Assembly (NCBI GenBank): GCA_965285935.1
Contig: OZ260662.1
Coordinates: 36,456,001 to 36,520,000 of the forward strand
Direction: 5' to 3'
Length of the DNA stretch: 64,000 nt
DNA from: Ophelia neglecta
Taxonomy: Eukaryota
Shown here: one piece after another, positions 1 to 13,870 of the stretch
How the letters are laid out: every line of letters begins with the position of its first letter
Position numbering within the stretch: position 1 is the first letter of the stretch
Made by a program: the position numbers and the translations under genes
The notes under the pieces: generated by a model
Told to the model about the DNA's origin: nothing
Databases searched by the model: none
Seen by the model: the letters and a program-made list of their open reading frames with translations, nothing else

Positions 1-2819
1 TTGAAGTTATTTCATTGCATGATTTTCAGTGGCTGTAGCCATTACTTCCCTCTAAAGCTGTCTTTCATCACATGATTCAATACCAGTAGCCATCACTGCC
101 CTCGTTCCCTATACAATATTTTTTTTCTGTGTTGAACGAGGGTTGAGATTGACACATTACCACCATCTGACATTTGAAGTTAGGAACTCGGGAGTTTGTG
201 GTGCTGGTCCCTGTTCAGGCCTGTATGTGATACCCCAAGCTGACCTGCCCAAGGTCTAAGGTACTTGTCTGCTGAAGAAACTGGGTTAAAATTGTGCAAT
301 CAGAAGGCCAAGGGGGATAACATATATATACTCGCCCAGGTCTCCTTGGTTGTCTAGCCTGCTATACAGAGCCCAGGGCCAGAAACAGGGGGGGCTCTGT
401 TTGAGAACCATGGATATATATATATATATATACTACATTTAAATGCACATTCCCTGAATAATAAAACAAGTCCATTCCTCCTACCAAATCAAACTTTGAA
501 ATGTTTGAGGATCTTCCTTGCTGTCAATGGGCCCAGGGGGTTGGTGGGTTTTATGTAGGACCCTCAACTCTGAACTTCTACTCCTTGCCAGTGGTGATCC
601 ACTATAGTTATGTCCCATAGTTATGTCTTTGACCTGCTGAACTTGAATACTAAAAACCAATACTTGGTCAAATTCCACAAATATCTTAACAGGTTTCCAC
701 ATGGAGAAGATATTGGATAGGGTAGAACCTTAAATTCTTGTTAAATGATATTGATACTGATACAAATACATGTTGGCACTGCAATTCAACTCATTTTAAG
801 ATACAGCTATTTTGATTATTAATACTGATTTCATGTGTTTTTTTAATGTTTTAAATGAAACTGTGTGTTATTGGGTTGAAATAACATTTGTTAAAATCTA
901 TTATTTTATTTAGGCTATAGTGGGTAGATGCAATAGGGTTTGGGAAATTGTAAACTTGTGATCAGACCAATTAATTGTTTAGCAAGTGGTTAGCCTTTTG
1001 ATGTATACACACCCAAAGTAGTTTGGTGAGCACTTGCGTAGAATTGTCACACACCATGTGTTCCCTATACAGCTGATAGGGAAATAAACGAGCGCTTGAA
1101 CTGAGCATTATTATAGGTCAGACGTTACTATTGAACATTGATGTGCCCTGTCTGATGTCTGGTCCAAGAGAGAAGAGAAAGCAGAGTAGTTGTACAGCCT
1201 GCCCACTCCCTATTTCTAGGATCAATGTCAGTTCCCACTAGCTTACTGGCCATACATTAGAATGGCCAAAGTTTTCTGCCGGCTTTCCCTTTGTATGGTC
1301 GTAATAACAATGGACAAGAGCCCGAGGGCTGTCGACCATGCCCTGCTCCTTATGGACATTGTATATTGATTGCAACAAATTACGCCATTCGGAATAATAT
1401 TGAGTGGTAGGCCCTGTCCTCCAAAAACCTCCCCTATACAGTGTGGTGGCTTCAATGCACTGTTCATATTGGCATTTCATTGACCCTTCACCTCACCTTT
1501 TTAATATGTATCAGACTCTACCATGACCGGCCAGGGTCGAGGATAGAAAAAAAACGCATCAGGGCTAACTCAATAGGTATGACATCACAGCGTATACCAA
1601 TGGCAGTTGGGCCTGGCGTTTGTGTAGTATTGAGTCTGGTCCGTGCTGGGCAGATTTTTTTTGTTGCTCTCAGAGTGTCTAGGATTGGCCATGGTTATAT
1701 CGGTGCGGCCACGGTTTGTTTACCCTTTGCGACACCAGTCGAGATAAGCAACACTCAGTACACCACACAGGCAGGCTGTGTAATGCATGCTTTATGCTGG
1801 CCAGTTAAACGTGGTTGGGTAATACAGAGAAAAGAGCTGCTATTTGTGGGCTGCTGTCAGATTGCACAAAACAGCCCACTGTACTATAGGTGACTGTAAA
1901 ATGGCAAAAAAAATGAGGCCAGCGATATTCATTAAAGATAAGGCCCACCGACCTGACTGAATTAGGCTAAGTGTGCCTGCCGCTGGTCTTGGCTGCGTTT
2001 TTTTCATCGATGCGTATTGTGAATTTTTTTTAACTGATGAAGTTCAGAGGAGAAAAAACATCAGGAACAGGAAAGATACATTGCAGGTTTCACACGGCAG
2101 AGAATTCACTAGTGCTGGACAAGTGAATGTTTTATGTGTAGGTCATCAATGGTAGTGCCAAGGCTGGCTCTCAACTTACATAATGCTGGAAGGACAGCAG
2201 GCTAAAGCTAGTGGACTGCATAAATGTAATATTAATCGATTGACTGCTCACTTTACGGGCTTTATCAATTGATGACCAGATTGATACACCTGTCTTCAAG
2301 ATCAAACTAATTTGTGTGTAATTAGTGTGCTCAGTAAGTTGGAGGCAAAGTTGGTTGGTTGGCTGAAGTTTTCGGGTAGTTAGACAAGTGGCCTTGTGTC
2401 GTGCCTGATTACTCTGGGACTGGCCGGCAGGTTAGGGAGGTGGCAGCCGCCTTACCGCAATGCGATTATTACCTGGAACTAATCACCATTGTGCCACAAG
2501 TTTAACAGTGCATGCTCAACATGGGATCCATTCAGCCATCAACCCTTCTTATGGAATTAGCACTTAATGATCACTATTTAATTAATTATCAATCTAATAA
2601 GTCCAAAGGATCTGATTGAGCCACTGGATATATGGATTGAATCCTGGATTGGGCATTGTAGTTTTTGGATGCTGTAGGTCTCATTTGTGACAGAAGATAT
2701 CACACAGTTAAGCCTATTATTTTAGCTCTGTTCTAACAATGAGAACCAAACATAAGAATCTCCTCACTGTATACACCAGACAAAAGGCTGCTGTGAAATT
2801 CTGTTCAATCTCCTCCCCA

Positions 2820-3330
2820 ACTATTGTTTTGTGATTGGTTGCTGGGAAGAAGTTGTGTAGGAAGACTTATGACCACAGTACTTAATTACAATCTCCAATT
2901 CATTCTGGACTTGCATCATCAGTTTGCGATTGGCAGGCTACAAGTGCTCATCTAAAAAAATAACTAAACTATTCAGTTCAGGAGATTGAATTGAATTGCA
3001 TTAGCCGACCAAGTTGGAATGGTGGATTAACATTCTTTTTCACTAGGTCAGAAACTGTCAATTTCAGTTTGACATTTTTTACCTCATTCCCTCTTTGATT
3101 GACAAGTTGAAGGGGGCAGAGAACTAAAGAAGGACCCCGAAGAGCATCGAAAATTGGCTTCTATTGGACTTTTTTTTCTGTATTGGAACCATATCAATCA
3201 GCTGGGCTGCCTGGAAACTGACATTGGAGAACTGAGCTGAGCCAGAGAGGTGGAGTGGTGAATGTGAAAAAATTGGATATCTTGAGTACTGGTCTGTCTC
3301 CCTTAGGAAGGGAACATTTTAGCCCAAAAT
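2820..3330 (+). promoter_or_regulatory. Candidate proximal promoter/5' UTR with a cluster of reverse CCAAT (ATTGG) boxes
   Basis: ATTGG at 2834, 2929, 3153, 3163, 3182, 3223 and 3272, all on one strand just upstream of the ATG. The TSS is unknown, and an acceptor-like site at 3306 is an alternative reading. Confidence 0.4.
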
Positions 3331-3673
3331 ATGGAGAGTTTCCTCCACTGTTTAGACATGGAGAGCAGTGTGCCGCCGGTGAGCACCCCTACCCCCATCT
3401 CGGTCACCGCCTCCTGTAGTGATTCAAGTTCAATGGATGGAGGAGACATCCGTGAGATAGGCTCCACGGAGCCTAACGCCTCCAATTCCAACCACTCTAA
3501 TTCCAGCAACAATAACTCGTCCCACTCGGCCAACAACACTGTCCCGGCCCTTGTAGACGAGGAGTTTCTAAATCACTACAAAGTCCATGAAATCACCCAG
3601 AACCTGGCCTACCACGGTTATAATCATGGCTACAACCCCCATCATGATTTCTACGGCTATCACCACAACATGG
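3331..3673 (+). CDS. ftz-f1: NR5A/FTZ-F1 nuclear receptor, first identified coding exon (N-terminal A/B domain; S/T/P-, N/S- and H/Y-rich)
   Basis: ATG at 3331 opens a GC-richer, coding-like ORF (MESFLHCLDMESSVPPVSTPTP...YGYHHNM). It ends at a consensus donor ATG G|gtaagt (intron starts 3674, phase 1). This phase matches the acceptor at 26767/26768 (G+CC = Ala). Linkage to the DBD exons is inferred from phase and position, not from homology. Confidence 0.72.
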
Positions 3674-6600
3674 GTAAGTCAGCCGACCTTCTCAGCACTT
3701 GTTTTATCATGCTTTTTTATGACATCAAGATTCCGTGCAACTACTTTGGTTTCATTTATGTGTGAAAAAAAGTAGTCATGCAAAAACTCTCTATTTTGAC
3801 GGGGAATTGACTGCACTTGCAGTCAGGGAATGCAATTACTAAAGCAGGCCTTGTTTTTTATGACTTGATGTCAGAGAGAAAATAAATTGTTGTGGCGCCT
3901 AGTTTTTGACTGTTGACAAAGCTTTATTTGACATGCGGTATAGCAGCTCCTGCTGTATTGAGCTGCCATCTGTAGTCCAAGTTTTATATAGTTTTCATGT
4001 CATCTCTATGAGCTATACATGATCATAGCTGTACCTATAGTGATCAGTCATAAAACAGATTTATCAATGTAATATTCTGTTCTTCAGGCCCTAGTGCATA
4101 TAAAAAAATGACTTTAAGATGGCCTGAGTGACATTTGAAGCACTAAGTAGGATTTAGTTAAATTTCATTTGTTTTATTTTGGTGAAAGGTTTGCGGTAAA
4201 CTCTGCCTTCCAGTAGCATATTAAAATTGAGTGTCATATGTGCAATTCAATGTAAACTGTATATTTTTGCAGAGGTTCAAGAGTATTTGTAAGTATTAAT
4301 AGTCCTGAGGCAACAGTTTGTTCCAAGTATGGAGTAAAATGTATTTATTCTTGTGCATTTAAGTAAACTGTATGCAGACTTTACCAAACAGTATTAGTAA
4401 TAAAACCATATAATAACATGTATAGGCCTACATATATGTACATGTACATATGTTTTTTGAACAGTTGATTTTTCTTTAAAAAGGCTACATTCAATGCCTG
4501 ATTCATGTGCAGTTAAAAGTGTCAAAAGCATATGACTAGTGTGCTTTAGCAAGATTAAAGTCTTAATATTAACCTTATTGACCAAGTTGTATTTGGTAAA
4601 ATAGCTCATTATCTAGGCTCATTATCTAGGCTAAAATTACCTTACTATCTGGGATATATGTACGTATAGTCCAAGGTGGACTTTAATCATTGTGTGTTAT
4701 GAAACATGTGAAGAAAAGCTTTAGTTTTACATTTAAAATGGTTTGAAACGAAATACAATAGAGTGACAACGAAAAAATCAGTTCTAAACACAGTTCATTT
4801 TAAGACTGATGAATGACTTTGCCTGTAGATAAAATAAGATGTAAGTTACAGAAGTCATGGATTTCCCAGACAAATTGGAAAATAAGGAGACTAAGTAGGG
4901 CTAACGGGGAACTGATCAAAATAGGGAAATGATCAAACTGCTTTCCTTCCAGAGATGACATGATTCCCAAGTAGCAAACTTCTCCCGGGCTGCCCTCACT
5001 TTGATTAGGGAGCCAAATAGAGGGTGAAATTGAGTCTTTTGCCATGTGCACAGGGTTCTTATCATGACTAGAACCCTGTAAGGACAGATTTTCATTTGCT
5101 GCCAACCTAAATGTCTTTGTTATAGCCATAATGATGATCTGCCCAAGGAATAAATCGTATTGGGTAGTCAAAATCTTCCGCCGGCTCTGTCTATCAATAC
5201 TCTCCAAAAATTCCAGACATGTTATGACCGTTTCTTAACCAGGCAGGTCAGAAGTGTAGTATGATAGGTCTTCTATAGGCCTTCTGCTTCCTGCATACTA
5301 AGTGAGTTAAGGTCGGCTTGGCAGCAAAGGCACTTCCAATTGAAGAACCAGTTAACCAGCAGACAGATTAGCCTACTCCCTGATTTGATTGCAGGGCCAC
5401 CATCCCTACAACAATAGTTTTTAAGCAAAGCCTTTAATTAAAGTGAGTGAGAAAATATGCTATGCAAAGGCTGTATTCAGAGCTAACTAAATTAAAGAAG
5501 TTGGAGAGGTTGGTAGAATACCTGATTAAAGTTGTTTTTGTTCAAATCTCATGCACTTGTCCCTCTCTCATTAGGAAGCCACTTGGTAGATTGCATCTCG
5601 CCGGTTAAAAACATGCCGTTTTTGAGAGTACTTAGCCTGCCAATCGATACTGTACCTTAAAGGGGAAGGAACTTAAAAAATACCTTTATGAGCAGCTTGC
5701 CCATCCAGATATCACACTATGAAGGAACTTTTTCAGGTTGAAAATCTTCAATTGGGCTTATTTGATTTGATACTAATTCAATAAGTGCAGAACAGCATTT
5801 TCCAAACTCCTTCTGCTTCTGCGGTTTGGTGTCTTACAATAATAAAAAGGTGCATCATCTGAGTTTTTTTCTTAGCTTTCAACATCTTGTGTATCGCTAC
5901 CTGGTATCGTGTAAAAGAACATGTCGTGTTTGCAAGGCTAGTTGGTACAAAAGTTGTCCATTCAGCATTATGACATCATGCATGGATGGGAAGAGGGTAT
6001 TAAGAACAGCAGGACAGGTGGAACACTTCTGTACACGAGTTTGTCTGCTGCCGTCTGCATGAACAGTCTGCCTGAACGGACACCTCCCCTCAGCCCCCAG
6101 CGTCAGGGGACAACTTGTTATTATGACATAGCTTGTAACGCTAATTGGCCTACACAGACTAACTTGTAAACATACATGTGCATGCATACTGAAGAATTAG
6201 GGTTGTAATGAAAAGCCCAATTGCTGGAGTCAATCAACAGAGATTTTTTTAAGAAACTTTGTTAAAGAGCACCTCACAGTCACATCACCTATTTCATACA
6301 AGCTCCTGTAATTATGTCCCTGGTATGCTTTGCAAAAGTGTTCATGCATATATATCAAATAGACAATTTATGACTGGAGCTCATTGTTGAACTATGTTGT
6401 TTCTCAACAGCTTCAATTTTTGAAGCTTACCTAGACAACCAAATGTAATTGACCATAAGTATGTATCTAGCATTCACATGCTGAATTTGTATACTACTTG
6501 CACCGTAGGATTTAGGTGCTAAAATATTTGAGGTATTATTTTCCTTAAACTCAAGACCAATTAAATGTACTAGTGAATATTATTATGATATTTTATATTA

Positions 6601-9600
6601 GTTAAACATGTTAAATAGATGTAGATGTACATCAGTAACAATATGGTATTTTTCATAGCCTTATATGGGGTATGGGGTAAGTGGAAATTATTAATATTCC
6701 CTTTCTGCATTAGGGGACTAGGAGGTATTCACTGGTGCAAAGTACGACCGGCTTCATCAATATCTAACATTAAGTTTTGGAAGCAGTATTGTAATTGGCC
6801 TTCATTCAATAGAAATTATTCTGTGCACTTGGGACTAAATTTACTTGTAGATGTAAATGCAAACAAAGGCATGGAGTCCACCACCTGTTTCAACTTTGAA
6901 TTTGCTATAGCTGTAACACTATACCAGATGGGTATTGCTCACTTTAGTTTGAAAAAACATACTTTTTTCTTGGTTTTCTGTCAATTTATTTAGAGTGTGG
7001 TCATTATTCCATTGTTTTGTGGATTAGAGAAATCATACATTATGTTGGTTTTTATCAAATATTGGGTCAGTGTATCAACAGTATATATCCTCATCATTTC
7101 TTAGTATATACACCCTTATAATATCATGTAAAAAGTAAATTTGAACATGCTTCAATATTTTTTTTTTAAATTTAGTTATTTCTTATAAGTTTATTTATTT
7201 TTATAGTATTTTTGGGCACTTATTCACTGGTCTGAACCTAAAATCTATAATTCCACAAGAGCCTTAAATGTTCCCATGTATTAGCAATCATATTATCTAA
7301 GTTACTTGAATGTGGATCTTTCCTCGAGCTTCTGAAACATTCATGGTATTAAGACTATCTGAAGTTGTTTTCCAGGAGGTTTCTTATTGATGAGATTGCT
7401 GATAAGGATTGTTACTCATGTTTAAGCATCAAGAAACTCTGAGATCATGACCAACAAGATACCTGATGTGCTGAACACAGACAAAAGCTGGCCCTAAATC
7501 CCTGATATAGTGTTTCCACACTCCTGCCTAGTCAGCCGGGGTGTGGGGAAACATGCCATGTTACATAGAAAAATGGATTAGGACTGGCAACCAGCTCGCA
7601 TTGAACCCATGGCCAGCTGCCTCTTAGAAGTCTTCTGACCAAAAAGGGCATAAGTTTTCCAGTCTGGGAGTTTGACACCAAGGGGCTGAGCCCTATTCAT
7701 CTCTGTCTGCCAGACTTCTTTGACAGGCGGCCCAAGTCCTCTCACATGGCTCCCTCTACAATGGCAGGGGTAATCAGATGGTCAAAGATTCCTCCGACGT
7801 ACCCACAATTCACCTCCCTCCTGCCCTGTCAGTCTGTCATATTCGTATGGATGTCTTACCCAGATGTATTTCCTGCGGCCACTGGACCACAAAACATGAA
7901 CTGCCATCAGAAGGCAAAGCTGACGTAAAGAAAGTTCGGATTTGTTAGCGCTGACTGACGACTGAATTCAGGCAGGATATGAGCAGTCCCGGGCAGATCC
8001 AATCGCTGCTATGGATATCAGAATAGGTTACACCAAATCTCACAGTTATTTTCCTCAGTAATTCGGTAATGTGAAAGATTGTTCACACCAGGCGATCCAT
8101 CTTTGTCCTGCTCGCCCAATTTCCTTGTATAAAAGTGTGGCCATGGCATGTCTGTATTACTGCTTTTGTGCACATATCCCTATTTGTAAGTGCTTTTTAC
8201 AGCGTATTCATATTGGTGATCCTTCTTAATTTAACAATATGTCATGATAATAAGCTCTATGAATTGGGGTTTGATGTATAAGGAAATATAGAATATAGTA
8301 TGGAAAAAAGGCAAAATGAAAAAAAAAACCTGTTTTTAGTACACTCTGTGTTCTCTTTAGAATATGGGGTACATGTACCTTTCTTTGTTTTATTTGCTTC
8401 ATTAGCAAATATTGAGATTTGGACTAAGTAAACATTATAGAAAGTAACCATTGTTTCAGGATAGTCAATAATTACTTACCCATTGAACCATATTAAGTTA
8501 TAATTATAAAATATTTTGTTAAGGTTGAGTAAACTGAATGAGATCTTTCAACTTGGAATTCTATACTGGTAACATATTATTGAAGCAGATGACCATTGTG
8601 TATATATCAGTCTAATCTGACTGACTGGCTTCTAGTTATGCTGATACTTATAGCAGACACCAGATTCTATTTTGACCACTGTGATAAGCTATATATATGG
8701 TGTAATATTGATCATGTCACTGTTAATTAATTGGTTTCATCCAGGGATTGTTCCAAATGATTTTACAGCAATAAATAGCAGTGGTCAAGCCATAACTTAT
8801 TCCTGAAGTTTGTAGAGACAAGGTCACTTGAACCCTGAATGATTCCTTTTTACATGTAACGGTAAACTGGTGAAGGATACTCTGTGGCAACAACCTGTGC
8901 CTCCTGCTTACAGATGACCATGTCTTAGCCTCTGTGTGGGAGGCACAAGGCTGTTGAGAGGCCAGACGTAGCCGTGGTCACTGAGGAAGACCGTGGCAGG
9001 TTTCCAACAGGCGTGTAAACTTGATGCAATTGGTGTACATTTTCCACATATTTTGGTGGTTGTGCCAGACACTGAAGGCCGCCTGTGTTTACTGTGTATG
9101 ACAATGCTGCTGTTGCTCGACTGCCAGTGGCCCTGATTCCCTCACAGAATTACTAAATAAACATTGCCGATTGATCTTGAATCGAAAATAAGGTCATTTT
9201 TTTTACACCCACTATTTTTTTTTCACCAAGCACACACATTGTGTTGTGCCGTTTCTTTGTATGGGCAATGCTAAGGTTTGTCAAATGATCTCATGGGTTG
9301 ATGAGTTGGGTATTTTAATGCAAATTTAATTTGCGTGTATGTCACTCAGCAGTCTGGCTTGGCCAGCAGCAGATAGAACTGTGTTAATTATGCAACAAGC
9401 TCAAACTTAGAATGTCCCTGTCTGTCCCCTAGGCAGTCTCTGTCACATCTGATGCTCCGGCCTTGCAAATGTTTCCTCCAGATTGTCGTTTTGGAAATCA
9501 CGCTTAAATTGTTTCAACGATTGTTGAAATTATTCCTGGAAATCTTATTATCAATCAACCTGACAGATCTGTACTAAATGCAATTATGGTGATCATTCCC

Positions 9601-11127
9601 ATGTGATATTGTTACTCAGTGAAGGTTTTTTTTTCTTAATTTCATAGTTCCCTGTTTTATCATTCATGAGACAGCCAAATTTCCTGCCATATTCATCAGG
9701 GGTATGATTACAAGTTAAGACGGAATCTATAGGGGGATGTCTCTCGTTCCGCAAGTCATGTCTGCCTTTTGATCTCAATGCATCCATTTTCATCAGTGTC
9801 GGGCTGGCAGAAAAATCAATTGCTTATTATATATAGCATATGCAAGTGTGGGCAATGTTGAACTCTAAAAGCTGGCTATTGTGCTTTAACCTAATTTTTT
9901 TCCTGGCTGGGCCCATGATAAAGGCTACGTGTTTTCTTTTCACAATACGTCAAATCACTTACATTAGCGTTCAATCTACACTTGTAATCCTGTAAGGGGA
10001 TGACATACTTTTTTAATACACCAGGTTTTTGTGAAGAAATGGAATATCTTGTTTGTACCCACTTAACTTATAATTAACCCAGTTTATTGTGAATATCATT
10101 TGACAGGTATGTTTCTTGGAGACCTCTGTTTTTCAGGAACTAGCTATGCCCTTGTAGGCTGAAATATAATGCCTAAGCTTCTTCTGTGTAGATAATTAGA
10201 AGCCTTTTAGAGCATCATTGGAACTCTTCAGTCTGCTTTACCTGGAAGTAAGAAGAGTATTTCCTTTGGTCAGCATGTGAAAAATGCAGCTCAATAAGTG
10301 TCTAATCATGTGCCGTGAACTGGGGTTTATAGGAAGAGGTTTTCATACTGATGGAATCTTTAAAAATTGTTGAAAATATGTGGAGAAATTAGTTTCTATG
10401 CATAGAGTATCTTGTCCTCCTCCATGAAGCACTACTCAATTTCCCTTTCAAGGTTATCTAATTACCCAGCAGGCCTTTTAGCTGATAATACCTTACCAAC
10501 ACTCTCACTATTTCTGGGAACTGAGGAGGGTGAATATATGGCACTCTTGCTGTCCATATTTATCACATTTGCCACTCGTGATGCTTACCGTTTATTATGC
10601 CTCCACACGTACAACATGACAATGCTCTATGCTGGACCTGCGTAGTGAAATCATTGCCCGGCTTATAAGGCAGGAGGGCCATTATTCTTCATTTGGGTGC
10701 AATCGTGGGGTGACGTGACTTCGAATTTTCACTTTTGGAGCCCAGCATTGTCCCTGCGTTTCATGGTTAGCTTTGTCCTGTGGCCCATTAAGATGATGCA
10801 TGTCTATTTAGTGCTAACTATCATATTTGGACAACGGACTGAGCAGGAGTGCAGCTCTAATAAAGAAACAAGCACATTTTTTTACCTCCTATTGTATTGT
10901 AATGGGCAAGTCCCATGTATGTGGCAGTCACAAACTGCTAAAGTCAATTACCTTGAAACAACCTGTATGCCATGATGTAGAATGCTCAAGTGTAACTGGT
11001 TGTTTTTCATGAAATGGGTATAATAGAGTAAAAATAATGCTCTACCAGATAGCTATGCATTATGGACCATATGGTTGATTGTCTGAAAACAGCCTTAATG
11101 TCCATTTACTGACTGTGGTCTCCAAAC

Positions 11128-12164
11128 TAGAGATGCAGGTCAGGGATAAGATATAGCATGGCAGCTTGGTATTGATTTCGGTCCGGTTGTAATTTTACTA
11201 AAACGTTCCCTTTACAATTTTACCTCCTTTTAGTACTTCATTTAATAATGAAAATGTTTTTTTAATTCTGAAATGGCTGTGAGCAAGATATTTGGTCAGT
11301 GTGTGTACCTAAATCTGGAAATGTTCTATCATTTTAAGGGCATATATAGTCTCCCATGTATTCAAGACATGGAAGCATAAGTTTAAAATTAAAAAAAGAC
11401 TCTGACAAAGACTCATTTTTAAGTGAAAAGGCCTCAGTCACTGGTGACATCCTCCTACCAGATGTTAGCCGTAGTGCCCATATTTTTATCATAGTTTATT
11501 ATCTTTTATATTAAGTTGGTAAATTCCAGTATACCATTTGATTTGAAATGATCCCATACTGATACTGATACTTATGAAATGAAAATGTTACCAAAATGAC
11601 ACCGATACCGTTAGTTTTTAGACTCTGACATTTTTATTAAACCAAAGCCAAAAACTTTAATTACTGAATAGCAAATATTTTTTAACAAAACATAACAAAC
11701 ATACTCACAATAAACCATCAATTGAGAAGAAACAAAATATGCACTACAATATTAATTATAACAAAAATAGTACCACCTATGATGCTAATGGTTGAAGAGA
11801 CCTCTCTAGATCTTCAAGATAGCTATCAAGTGGCCACTTCTTAACAAATATGATTAAGAAAAATTGAAATCATAGGAAACAATCTTAAAGGCTTATGGTT
11901 TAAGTAAACATTGTTCCAAGTGAATAGAGCTGTATGTTTACACATATTTTTAAACCATTCCAAAATACCACACATGAGCTAAATAAAACAAAAGATACTT
12001 AATCCATATCTTGTAAATCAACAAAACTTTCTATGCTCTAGATTAAAATTTCAACCCCTATCATCAAAAAAGGGTCGTATTGGAATATCAAAATGGTCAG
12101 CTCAAAATGATACTGATACTGCAAAATTGATAGGATGCCCATATTATGCTCTTTTGCAGCCCTA
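11128..12164. mobile_element. Possible decayed non-autonomous hAT-like element
   Basis: The left end TAGAGATGCA and the reverse complement of the right end TAGGGCTGCA match at 8/10. Internal GATACT/GATACC repeats occur at about 11557-11610 and 12110-12121. No clean TSD. Confidence 0.3.
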
Positions 12165-12552
12165 TAGAGATGAAATGAAAACTTATTAAAGACTTTCATT
12201 AGGAATAATTTATGAAATGAACCCAATCACCTAATGGGCATTTCTCAGGGGCCATAACCCCTAATTTGACATCTAAGTCCCTTAATGTAAAGTTTTTTAA
12301 AATTATAATATTCGGAGCAACTGCTTTCATAATTGACATGAAACAATGAGATGAAGCCACAATTCAATATCTGCAAGAATAACACTTGGCTAACCAGACT
12401 ATTGTTCAAAAAACTGATTTAGAATTGTCAAGGTTAAGTCAAAAGTACCCAAATTTGCTGATTTTGTGGCTCATTTGATCTCAATTCTACGACATTTGGT
12501 ATTAGTTATTGCAAAAAAAGACCTATTTTTACTTCCTCAAGATATTGAATTG

Positions 12553-13870
12553 GGCTGTTCTGAATCGGCAGACGCGCGAACGGCGAACGCGGACCTCCAA
12601 AATTTGTAGCATTATGGTAACGGCCTATGGTAACTGCTACAGCGATTCGCTCACATCCTGCACAGCTGGATTAGTCTGGAAGTTGAAATAATCACACCTT
12701 GAATGTCAACTAATTGCAGGCCACGAAATAATTTGTTAAAAGCTTGGCAGCATTATTTCCGTAATCGATAACCACCGGCACAACCAAAGCGGGATTACCC
12801 AAATCGGTCACGGACAAAATCGGCCATGCCGACACTATATATATATGTTTCTATTTCCTAGGCCTGAGTCGGTAGCGTTTAAGGGATTAAAATTTCTATC
12901 CAAAGGCGACCCACAAAAGTTAAATGATTAAGGGTTTATAATAATTATGGGTGGCAAATCATCGGAGGTGAGGGGGTCCATCCAATACTTGGTGGCACCA
13001 CCTGTTCTGATTGGGGTTACGAAATTATTAACATTAATTAACTGTATTTGGGGAAGGAGAAATGTGGCAACATCAGGTATATATGAAATATGCAATCCCA
13101 TAGTGGTCCAATTATTTTTAGTGGGAATCGCATGCCTAATAATGCAACTTCATCAATCATCATTTAGGGGTTAATTAGTGATTTGATACAAGAAGGATTT
13201 TAGACAAGAAGGATTTTAGGGGGAAGGTCTTCTTGACCCCCCCCCCCCCCATCCATCAAATCACTAGCCCATCCCTGCTGGTATTTGCGACTAGCCCCCC
13301 CCCCCCCTCCTTCATTAATGTGATTAATTGCCAGTCAGTGATTGCTTGATAATTTCGTGACAGTCCCCACTGTCATTACATGATAGGCCTCCTATATTAT
13401 TTGTCAATGCCAGAGATTACAAGTCCCCCATCTTCGAGTGCCATACGTAGTCGCCCTACATATTTTATTTCTATTATCTGAGTTTAGAAAGCACTGTGAC
13501 ATTGGAATGAGCAGTAATATATATATATATATATATATTAATTCTCGCGATCTATCTGGCGGTAAAATGACCCCAAGTTAGTTTTTACGCCCTCCAAGAC
13601 CAAAACAACGTGTCCCGCCATGTTTGGTGTTGCACACGTAGTGTAACACTCCACGGCAATGTAGTAAACCATCCAAACACAATAACTGTGAAAATAACCT
13701 CGAGCGACTTGGCACCCGCGCGAGTTGTGGCCCGCGCGAGTTAGCACCCGCGCGAGTTGACTGGACACCAGTCGGGTCAGTCTCCTGACAGCGCCAGAGT
13801 TCATACCGTAATGCTACAAATTTTGGAGGTCCGCGTTCGCCGTTCGCGCGTCTGCCGATTCAGAACAGCC
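12553..13870. mobile_element. Non-autonomous DNA transposon (MITE-like, 1318 bp) with 67-bp TIRs and 8-bp TSD
   Basis: Left TIR 12553-12619 (GGCTGTTCTGAATCGGCAGACGCGCGAACGGCGAACGCGGACCTCCAAAATTTGTAGCATTATGGTA) is the reverse complement of 13804-13870 with one mismatch. TTGAATTG is duplicated at 12545-12552 and 13871-13878. No transposase ORF inside. Confidence 0.93.
13712..13758 (+). repeat. Three subterminal tandem copies of CCCGCGCGAGTT inside the MITE
   Basis: gcacccgcgcgagtt-gtggcccgcgcgagtt-agcacccgcgcgagtt read directly from the sequence. Confidence 0.85.

Noticed and set aside
1437-1883. TA-CAGTG...CACTG-TA as a Tc1/mariner MITE, and the 150-aa ORF 1441..1893
   Set aside because: Inverted similarity does not extend beyond about 7 bp, and the ORF has no recognisable domain.
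3674-3765. C-terminal part of ORF 3331..3765
   Set aside because: It follows a consensus donor and composition shifts to T-rich intron-like sequence.
5942-6169. ORF containing TPPLSP, a Myc/Jun-like phosphodegron motif
   Set aside because: No convincing splice sites or other homology. A short motif can arise by chance.
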